A DNA stretch of 64,000 nucleotides from the human T2T-CHM13v2.0 reference genome, Homo sapiens: assembly GCF_009914755.1 (NCBI RefSeq), contig NC_060938.1, one strand, 5' to 3'. Of the stretch, positions 52,547 to 64,000 are shown piece after piece; position 1 is the first letter of the stretch; every line of letters starts with the position of its first letter. The translations under genes and the position numbers were made by a program. The notes below the pieces were generated by a model that was not told where the DNA came from, made no database searches, and saw only the letters and a program-made list of their open reading frames with translations.

Positions 52547-53882
52547 TGCTATGGTTTCAAAGTTCCCACAAAGTTCATGTGTTGGAAACTTAATCCCCAA
52601 GACAACAGGATGGACTGGTGGGAACTTTAAGAATTAATTAGGTCCTGAGGGCTCTGCCCTCATCAATGGATTAACGCCATCATCACAGGAGTGGATTCTT
52701 GATAAAAGCGTGGATTCAGCCCCCTTCCTCCTGACCTTCCTCTCCTTCCTCCTCCACCTCTCCTCCTTCCTCCTCCACCTCTCCTCCTTCCTCCTCCACC
52801 TCTCCTCCTTCCTCCTCCACCTCTCCTCCTTCCTCCTCCACCTCTCCTCCTCCTCCTCCACCTCTCCTCCTTCCTCCTCCTTTTCTCCACCTCCTCCTCC
52901 TCCACCTCTCCTCCTCCTCCTTTTCTCCACCTCCTCCTCCTCCTTCACCTCTCCTCCTCCTCCTCCACTTCCTCCTCTCCTCCACCTCTCCTCCTCCTCC
53001 ACCTCTCCTCTTCCTCCACCTTTCCTCCTCCTCCACCTCTCCTCCTCCTCCACCTCTCCTCCTCCTCCTTTTCTCCACCTCCTCCTCCTCCTTCACCTCT
53101 CCTCCTCCTCCATCTCTCCTCCTCCTCCACTTCCTCCTCCTCTCCACCTCTCCTCCTCCTCCACCTCTCCTCTTCCTCCACCTTTCCTCCTCCTCCACCT
53201 CTCCTCCTCTCCTCCGCCTCTCCTCCTCCTCCACCTCTCCTCCTCCTCCTCCTCCACCTCTCCTCCTCCTCTTCTCCACCTCCTCCTCCTTCACCTCTCC
53301 TCCTCCATCTCTCCTCCTCCTCCTCCACTTCCTCCTCCTCTCCTCCACCTCTCCTCCTCCTCCTCCTCCACCTCTCCTCCTCCTCTTCTCCACCTCCTCC
53401 TCCTTCACCTCTCCTCCTCCATCTCTCCTCCTCCTCCTCCACTTCCTCCTCCTCTCCTCCACCTCTCCTCTTCCTCCACCTCTCCTCTTCCTCCACCTCT
53501 CCTCCTCTCCTCCACCTCTCCTCTTCCTCCACCTCCTCCTCCTCTACTCCACCTCTCCTCCTCCTCCTCCACCTCCTCCTCCTGTCCTCCACCTCTCCTC
53601 CTTCTCCTCTCCTCCTCCACCTCTCTTCCTTCTCCTACCTCTCCTCTCCTCCTCCACCTCTCTTCCTTCTCCTACCTCTCTCTGTCTCTCTCTCTCATTC
53701 TGTCTTGTGCATGTGCATGCTGTCTTGCCCTTCCACCTGTCACCTGGGATGACACAGCAAGAAGGCCCTCTCCTCAACCTTACACTTCTCAGCCTCCAAG
53801 ACTGTAAGAAATAAATCTCTATTCTTTATAAATTATCCAGTCTCAGATATTATGTTATAGCAGCACAAAATGGACTAAGACA
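52547..53882 (+). mobile_element. MST-type MaLR LTR inflated by an internal CCT-rich expansion
   Basis: 5' tgctatggttt...gggctctgccctcatcaatggattaa; 3' cagcctccaagactgtaagaaataaa...ggactaagaca; TSD-like aatag/agtag. Confidence 0.8.
52720..53700. repeat. ~1-kb (CCT)n / CTCCACCTCT-type pyrimidine-rich repeat
   Basis: Plus strand is almost G-free; 21-bp unit ctctcctccttcctcctccac at the start, with larger duplicated blocks after. Confidence 0.97.
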
Positions 53883-55169
53883 AGTAGTAATAAAGTATTT
53901 TGTGATCATAGCATACGGCTAAATGAAATTAATGATGGCAACTTTAAAAGAGGAGAAAGAAATTGTAGATATTCTTTTATAAGGTAGTTGCACTACATGT
54001 GAAGTAATATACTGCTAGTTGAAGGTGGACTTAAATTAGTTATACATGTAAATTGCAAACTCTAGGGAAACCAGTAAATAAATATCGGTTAAGTATAACC
54101 GATATGCCTAAGAGAGGAGAGAAAACAGAATAATTTTTAAACGCCTAATTAAAATGATAGAAAGCAGAAAAAGAGGGAAGAAGTAACAAGTGTAACAAAT
54201 AGAAGGCAGTTATAAACAAGGTAGATATTAATTCAACCCTATCAATAATCACCTTGAATATGAATGCTCTAAGTATACCAATTGAGAGACAGATATTGGC
54301 AGAGTGGATTAGGAAGACAAGACTCAACTAAATGGTATCTATAAGAAACCCACTTTAAACATAATGACACATGTAAATTAAAAGCAAAATATCAATGAAA
54401 GTGAAAAAGCAAAGGGATAGAGAAAGATATATCATGGCAACAGAAGGAAAGCTGGAGTCCGAAGAAAGCTGTAGTTGCATTGTTAATTTCAGACACGTCA
54501 GGCTTCAAAGCAAAGAAAATTAACAGGAATGAAGAGGAGCACTGAATAATGACAAAAGGGTCAAATTCTTCAAGAAGATATAATAGTCCCTGATGTGTAT
54601 GCTTTTAACAACAGCATGTCAAAATACATGAGACAAAAACTGCTAGAACTACATAGAGAAACACGCAAATCCACTAACACAGTTGGAGACTTCAGCGCCT
54701 CTCTTTCAGTAATTGACAAAGCATGTAGAAAATCAGTAAGGATATTTTTGACTTGAACAGCACTACCAATCAACTTGATCTAATTGACATTTCTAGAAAA
54801 CTCCATGCAAGGATGATAGAATACACACTCTTCTCAAGTTCACATGAAACATACGCCCAGATAGACCATGCTCTGGATCATGAGACGCACCTTAACAAAC
54901 TGAAAAGAATAGAAATCACACAAACTATTATCTCAGGCCACAGCAGAATTAAACAGAAAGTCAATAATAGAGATAAACTGGAAAATCCCAAAATATTTGG
55001 AGATAAAACGACACACTTCTAAATAACATATGGATCAAAAAAAGAAGTCTAGATAATTGTTTAATATTTTTAACTAAATGAAAATATAACTCAAAATTTG
55101 TGGATGCAGTGAAAGCAGTGCTTAGACATTTATGGCATTAAATGCATATATTAGAAAGGAAAAATCAAA

Positions 55170-55620
55170 AAGAAGGAAATCTCATCATTTGTGACAACAC
55201 AGATAAACGTGGAAGGCATTATGTTAGATGAGATAAGCCAGACACAGAAAAATCTCCCTTATGTCTAGAATCTTAAAAAGTTGAACTCAGAGTTACCAGA
55301 ATGGTGGTTACCAGGAACTGGGCAGGGAGTTGGGAGATGTTGGTCAAAGGATACAAAATTTCAGCTAGACAGGAGGAATAAGTTCCAGAGATCTATTGTA
55401 CAACGTGGTGACTATACTTAATAACAATGTATCATATTCTTGAAAATTGCTAAGAGCAGATTGTAAGTGTTCTCACCACAAGTAAATACGTGTAATAATG
55501 CATTTGTTAATTAGCTCAGTTTAATCATTCCACAGTGTGGACATATTTCAAAACTATTTATTGGATGTGATAAATAAGTAAATTTTATTTGTCAATGAAA
55601 AACCTAAAAATAATAAAATG
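55170..55620 (+). mobile_element. L1MA-like 3' end nested in the older L1
   Basis: ggtcaaaggatacaaaatttcagctagacaggaggaataagttc...ctattgtacaac. Confidence 0.75.
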
Positions 55621-56337
55621 TCTTTTAAAGATAAAGAAATGTAAAATCAGTAATCTAAACATCCATCTTAAGATAAGGAGCAATTTAAGCCTAAAGCAAG
55701 CAGAAGAAAAGAAGTAATAAAAATTAGAGACAAAAATCAATAGAATCAAAAACAGAAAAACAATAGAGAAAATCAGTGTAACCAAAAGCACGTTCTTTGA
55801 GTCAATAAAAATGATAAACCTCTAGCAAAGCTAACCAAGAAAAAGATGAGAGAAGATATAAATTACTAATATCAGAAATGAAAGAAAGTTAATCGCTATT
55901 GATCCCATGGACATCAAGAGGATAATAAAGGAGGCTATGAACAACTCTCTGCGGATAAATTTGATAACTTAGATGAAATGGACTAATTACTTGAAAGACC
56001 CAGATACCAAAACTTCACACAAGGAGAATAAGACTATTTAAGTAGGCCTGTCTATGAACGAAATTGAATCAATAATGACTTTCCAAAAGAGAAAGTAGCA
56101 GCCCCAGAGAGTCTTACTGGTAAATTGTATCAAACATTTAAGGAAGAAATGATACCAATTCTCTACAATCCCTTCTAGAAAATAGAAACAGAAGAAACAC
56201 TTCCTAACTCATTCTGTGAAGCCAGCATTACCCTAATACCAAAATCAGATAAATACATGACAAGAAAGGAACGCAGCAGACCAGTACCTCTCATGAACAT
56301 GAATGTAAAAATCTTCAATAAAAGACTATCAAATCGA

Positions 56338-56674
<337 letters not shown>

Positions 56675-57361
56675 TCAAATCTACTAATATATAAAAATAA
56701 TTATAAACCATGACCAAATGGGATTATTTTCATGTATTCAAGACTGGTTCAACATTTGAAAATCAATTAATGTAATCTACCACATCAACAAGATAAGGAG
56801 CAAAACTCATATGTGCACATCAATAAATGCAGAAGAAGCGTTTGACAAAAATCCGACACTAATTCATGTAAAAAAAAAATTTCTCAGCAAACTAGGAATG
56901 CAGAAGAATTTCTCCAACTTGATAAAGAACATCTACAAAAACCTACAGTGAGTATCATGCTTAATAGTGAGAAACTGGGTGCTTTCTCTGTGAGACTAGG
57001 AACGAGGCAAAGATATTCCCTCTCACTGTTATTATTCAACATCATACTGACAGTCCAGCTATTGTAACCAGAAAAAGAAACAAAAATCATACAGATTTTG
57101 AAGGAAGCAATAAAACTGAATTTGTTCACAGTTGATGTGGTTAACTATAAAGAAAACCCCCAAAAAATCACATACATGTACACACACAAAATCTCCTGGA
57201 ACTATAAGGAATTAGAGCAAAGTCAGGGGCTACAATGTTAATACACAAAAGTCAGCTGCTTTCCTATAAGCCAGCAATATGAAATTTAAAAACAATATCA
57301 ATTACAACACCACCACCAACAAAATATTAGGTATAAGTCTAACAAAATATGTTCAGAATCT

Positions 57362-57660
57362 GGCCAGGTGCAGTGGCTCACACCTATAAACCTAGCATTT
57401 TGGGAGGCTGAGGCAGGCGCACTGCGCCCAGGAGTTCGAGGCCAGCCTGGGCAACATGGTGAAACCCCATCTCCACCAAAAATACAAAAAAAAAAAAAAA
57501 AATAGCCAGGCATGGTGGTGCGTGCCTGTAGTCCCAGCAACTCAAGAGGTTGAGGTGAAAGGATGACTTTAGCCCAGAGAGGTCGAGGCTGCAGTGACCC
57601 GTGATCCTGCCATTGCACTCCAGCCTGGGCGAGAGAGTGATACCCTGTCTAAAAAAAAAA
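57362..57660 (+). mobile_element. AluJ
   Basis: Dimer with J diagnostics; TSD-like atgttcagaat. Confidence 0.85.
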
Positions 57661-58609
57661 TTTTTTTTTAAATGTTCAGAATTTATATGTGAAAAACTAT
57701 GAAACTCTGATTTTTCAAAATCAAAGAATATCTAATCAAGGAATATTGTGTTTAAGGATTGAAAGACTCAATATTTTGAGATGTCAGTTCTTCCCAATTT
57801 TATCTACAGATTCAATACAATCCCAAACAAAATCCCAGCAAGCTATTTTGTAGATATTGACAAACTGATTCTAAAGTTATATGAAAAGAAAAATGCCCAC
57901 AGAAGCTAAAGCAATACGGAAGAAGAACAAAGTCGGAGAACTGACACTACCTGACATCAGGACTTATCATAAAGCTACAGTAATCAAGACAGCCTAGTAT
58001 TGGTGAAAGAAAAGACAAACAGATCAATAGACCAGAATAGAAAACACAGAAATAGACCCACACAAATATAGACAGCTGCTCTTTACCAGAGGAGCAAAAG
58101 CAATTCAAAGGAGAAAGACGATCTTTCAATAAATGATGTGGAAAAATTGGACATCCGTATGCAAAAATAATAAGAATCTAGAAACAGATCTTATGCCTTT
58201 CACAAAAATTAATTCAAAATGGATTATAGCCCTAAATGTAAAATGCAAAGCTATAAAACTTCAGAAGAAAACAGCTGAAATCTGGGTGATCTCAGGTTTG
58301 ATGATGAGTTTTTAGGTACAATATCAAAAGCATGACCCATGAAAAAAATTGCTAAGGTGAACTTCAGTAACACTGAAAATGACTGCTGTGTAAATGATAC
58401 TGTTAAAAGAATGAAAACACAAGCCACAGACTCGGAGAAAATGTTCACAAAACACATAACTGATAAACAACTGGCATCCAAAATATACAAAGAACTCTTA
58501 AAACTCAACAGTAAGAAAACAACCCAATTGAAAAATGAGCAAAGATTCTGCATAGACATCCCATCAAAGAAGATCTGCATATGACAAATAAAAATATAAA
58601 AAGGTGGTC

Positions 58610-58866
<257 letters not shown>

Positions 58867-61218
58867 AAAGATGGTCAAAATCTTTTGTCATTAGGAAATA
58901 GCAACTTGAAACAATGAGATACTACTACACACATACTAGAATTGCTAAAATCTAAAAACCTGACAGTACCAGTGCTGGTGAGGATGCAGAGAAACAGAAA
59001 CTTCCATTCATTGCTCGAGGGAATGTAAAGTGGTACAGTCACTTTGGAATATAGTGTGGCAGTTTCTTACAAATCTAAACATAGTCTCACCATACGATCC
59101 AGCAATCACACTCATAAGTATTTACCCAACTGATTTGAAAACTTATGTTCACACAAAAACCTATATGAAAATGTTTACAGTGGCTTTATTCGTAATTGTC
59201 AAACACTGGAAACAACTGAGATATCCTTCGGCGGATGAATAGATGGATAAACTGTGGTACATCCATACAATGAAATATTATTCAGTGATAAAAATATATT
59301 GGCCATCAAGTCATTGAAAATGTGGAGGAACTTTAAATGCATATTGTGAAGTAAAATAAGCCAGTCTGAAAAGGCTACATACTGCAGGATTTAATTATAT
59401 AACATTCTAGAACACACAAAACTCTGTAGCGACAATGAAAAGATCAGTAGTTTCCAGAGTTTCAGAGAGAAGGAGAGAGATGGAACGGGTAAAGCGTAAG
59501 GGTGGTGAAACTATTCCGCATGATCCTGTAATGGTGGACACGTGATGTTACTCATTGTTCAAACCCATAGAACTGGACAGCACGAAGAAGGAACCCTCGT
59601 CTATGCAAATTTTAAAAATCATTTAGGTCGGGGGATTCCAAGAGGGATGTAGTTGATAGCAACAGACTCTAAAGGTGTTATAAATGCATGAAACCACCCC
59701 AGTGAAGCGGAAGAGGGAAAAGATGGTGAGCCAAGTGACTCTGGAAATTAATGGAGACAAAAGGAACAGTGCATAAACCCTGTGCTCTAGTTGATGGTTG
59801 TTTGCAGTCGATAGATGGTGGTACCGGTTAATAGTTCTGATACCACTGGACATGTATAATGGAATTGAACAATTAAGTAAATGGATGGTGGATGGTAGAA
59901 TCCAGGTTTCTCCCCGTTGGAGTGGGAATTTACAGATAAGCAAGGAGAGGAGGTTAGAATGGCCCATGAGGTCAGGGATACAAGTTGGAGACATCACTAT
60001 TGACTCACGTTTAGCTCAATATAGATACAGGTGGTTACATACAGAAGCATTTATAGATATGTTGATCTGTCAGCTGAGAGGGTCTAGAAGCAACCACACT
60101 CAATAGCAACAAGCAGGTCCGGCATCCAGACCTTAGTTTCCAATGCCATTCTGCAGTAGAACCACCCAGGGCTCCTTGGAGAAATGGCTGATTCTATGGC
60201 TGGGGCAGGAAATCTACAAAATGAGTATCTCGTAGTGCCAGAAATTGAGGAAGTGCTCAAAAATAAAACACAAAACCCCTTCATTGATGGGGGAATGTTA
60301 AAGGGACTCAGAAGTCAACTGTAAGTGCTCCCAGGGGCCAAAGCTGAAACGATTTGAGCAACAAAATCAACTATTATTGGATTATAGCCCAAAGTATGAA
60401 ATAAATATCTGTGAGTCCATGCTGATATAAGTAAATGATTAACTAAATAAATAAGTGGGGGAGAAGAGAAAAATCTCCCTTGCAGAGGAATTCCAAATAA
60501 TGTATATAAATATTTCACCCTCAAGGAGGAGGAACATAAATCCCCTTCCTTAAGTTCGGGATGTGCATAGTGACATCCTTCTAAACAGTGTAGTACGGAA
60601 AAGGGGGAAACAGTAACTTTACAATGGAGAAAACTGATAAACATCTCAGCTGTGTGATCAGGGTCAATGAAGTCATGTTGATAGCATGTGCTCTTGATAT
60701 GGTGTGATAAGAATGGCATTCTCATCTGGAAAAACCTCTGTGGTTTTTCCACCCAAAACCCATAAACCCAGCCTAATCATTGGAAAAACATCAGACAAAT
60801 CCCAATTTGGGGGCACTCTGCAAAAGACCTGACCGGTACTCCTCAAAAGTGCCAAGGTCGTCAAAACAAGGACAGAGTAAGAAACTGTCATAGCCAAGAG
60901 AAGCCTGAAGAAACATGAGAAGTAAATGAGATAGGATCCTGGAAGAGGAGAAGCCACTGTGTCAAAGCTAACAAAATCTGGATAAAGTCTAGTACTTAGT
61001 GGTTGAAGATAACATACCAATATTGGTTCACTATATGTAACAAAATGAGAGAAGAGTCAGTGAACTTCAAAATACATCAACAGAAATGATCCAATCTGAA
61101 GAACAGAGAAATGGGATCAAAAAGAAATGAACAGAGCTTCAGGGACCTGTGCAGAAATATCAAAAGGCCAAACACAAATGTAATTGGAGCCACAAAAAGA
61201 GCAAGAAAAGAAAATGAG

Positions 61219-61615
61219 GGCCAGGTGTGATGGCTCATGCCCATAATCCCAGCACTTTGGGGGCTCAAAGTGAAATGACTGCATGAGGCCAGGAGTTTGA
61301 GACCAGCCCGGGCAACAGCAAGACCGCTGTCTCTACAAAAAATAAAAATAAAAAAATTATGCAGACATGGTGACACGTGCTAATAGTCCCAGTACTCAGG
61401 AAGCTGAGGTGGGAGGATCCCTTGAGCCCAGGAGTTCAAGGCTGCAGTGAGCTATGATCATGTCACTGCACTCCAGCCTTGGTGATAGAGCAAGACCCTG
61501 TCTCAGGACAGGAAAAAAAGGAAAAGAAAAGAAGGAAGGAAGGAAGGAAGGAAGGAAGGAAGGAAGGACGGACGGGAGGGAGGGAGGGAGGGAGGAAGGG
61601 AGGGAAAGGAAGGAA
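61219..61615 (+). mobile_element. AluJ whose tail has become a (GGAA)n/(GGGA)n microsatellite
   Basis: Alu dimer to ~61505; (GGAA)8 at 61534-61565. Confidence 0.88.
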
Positions 61616-62628
61616 GATATTTAAAGAAATAATGCCCAAAATTTCCCAAATGTGATAAAGACAAAAATTTTAAGGATTCAAGAAGTTCAGGAGACCCCAA
61701 GGAGAATGAAAAAATGAAATAAAAACACATACTCATGCCCAAATAAAAACACAACAGTCAAATTTCAGAAAACTAAAGATAAACAGAAAATCATAAAAGC
61801 AGCCAGAGGAAACTACAATTACGTGTAGCAGAACAATTGAAATCACCACTGACTTCTCATCAGAAACTATGGAGACAAGAAGACAGTAGATCTTCAAAAT
61901 ATCAAAAGAAAAAGACTTTCAACTCAGAACTCTATAACCAAAGAAAATCGTCTTCAAGAATGAAGGTGAAATAAGAACACTTTGGATCCAAGAAAACCAA
62001 GAGAATTCATTCCTGTACTGCAAGAAATCCTAAAGGGAGCTTTTCAGGCTGGAAAGAAACGATACCAGATGGAAATGTCAATCTTCAGGAAGAATAAAGA
62101 GTCTGGAAAATGATAAATGATACATACCTAGTAAATATTAACACTTTCATTCTATTTCTTAAAAAGCAAACCCCATTTTCCTATGGAGTTTATAATGTAT
62201 GTGGATATCTTACATATAACAACTATAACATAAAGGATATATATATATATACACACATATATATGGTTGCAAGATTTCTACATTTTACATGAAGTGGTAA
62301 AATATTCATTTAAGTAGACTGTCAAAAGTTAAGAATGTATTTTTAATCCCTAGAACAGCTACCAGAATTTTTTAAAATACGAGAAGGTATAGCTAAAAAA
62401 TGCAATAGATAAAACAAAACCCTAAAAACCATTCCAATTCTTCAAAAGAAGACAGAAAAGAGAGTCAGAGGAACCAAAAACAAAGGAAATAATCAGAAAA
62501 CACATAATAAAATGAAAGATATGAATGAACCAAACAACATAATAAAAAGACAGAGATTGTCAAAATGGATACAAAAGCAAGAACCAGCTATAAACCTATA
62601 CAGGTGACGCCCTTTAAATATGAAGACA

Positions 62629-62909
<281 letters not shown>

Positions 62910-63009
62910 TTATTTATTTATTTATTTTGTACACTTTGAAAGTGTAGTTCAAAGTGAATGGATGTGAATAGAGAGAGGAAAAAAAAGTAGTTGTAAAAAA
63001 GCTGGGGTC

Positions 63010-63375
<366 letters not shown>

Positions 63376-64000
63376 TCATGAAGCCCAGCTCATAAAGATA
63401 AAATGGTTAATTCATCAGGAAAACATAAATATGTATTCATATAATAACAAAACCTAAAAATATATGAAGCCAAAATTAACAGAATTTAAAAGGGGAAACA
63501 GACAGCTCTTTGATCATCATTAAAGATGTTAACTCTACTCTTTTAGTAATTAATAGAATAATAGATTAAAAGTTCAGATATAAATGAAATAGTTGATCTG
63601 AATAACACTATCAACCACTTCAATTGATATTTATGGAATACTATATTCAACTACAGAGTCCACATTCTTTTAAAGGGCATTTCCAAAAATAGGCTATATT
63701 CTGAGCTATAAAACAAGGTTTAATAAGTACTGAAATCAGCCAGAGTACATCCGATAACAATGGAATTAAATCCAGTAATAATACAATATCTCAGAAACCC
63801 CCAAATGTTTTTAAACAACATACTTCTCAATAATCAATGGATCAAAGGAACCACAAAAACTGAATAATCATGAAAATACAGCATATCAAAATCAATGATA
63901 TGCAGCTAAAACAGTGCTTGGGGGAAATGTATAACCCTCTAAGTGTATATAGAAAACAATAGAGAAAATTAACAAAGCCAAAATTTGGTTCTTTGAGAAG

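Noticed and set aside
52634-53807. Pro/Ser/Leu-rich and Glu/Arg/Gly-rich long ORFs
   Set aside because: Translations of the CCT-rich simple repeat.

Overview
Human genomic DNA that I recognise as the distal end of the imprinted DLK1-DIO3 domain (14q32). The only protein-coding gene is the intronless DIO3 (type 3 iodothyronine deiodinase, 6751..7665 +). The ORF track splits it in two because of an in-frame TGA at 7258-7260 in the catalytic motif NFGSCT-U-PPF. A form-2 SECIS hairpin is directly readable in the 3'UTR (~8232..8335), so the TGA is read as selenocysteine. This UGA/SECIS recoding system is the strongest signal in the window; it is established biology, not new. About 1 kb upstream on the minus strand, in the same CpG island, lies the MIR1247 hairpin (within DIO3OS), with a near-consensus CTCF site further upstream. 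The ~55 kb downstream has no credible protein-coding gene. It contains a 21 x 39-bp E-box-rich VNTR, a FOXA/ONECUT-like motif cluster, an orphan CCAAT/E-box/AP-1 promoter-like element, a decayed ERV-L provirus with both LTRs and pro/RT/IN/dUTPase remnants, an ETS-site minisatellite, a ~1-kb CCT-rich tract expanded inside a MaLR LTR, and many Alu/L1/MaLR/DNA-transposon fossils. Repeat subfamily names are from visual recognition and their boundaries are approximate unless TSDs are quoted.
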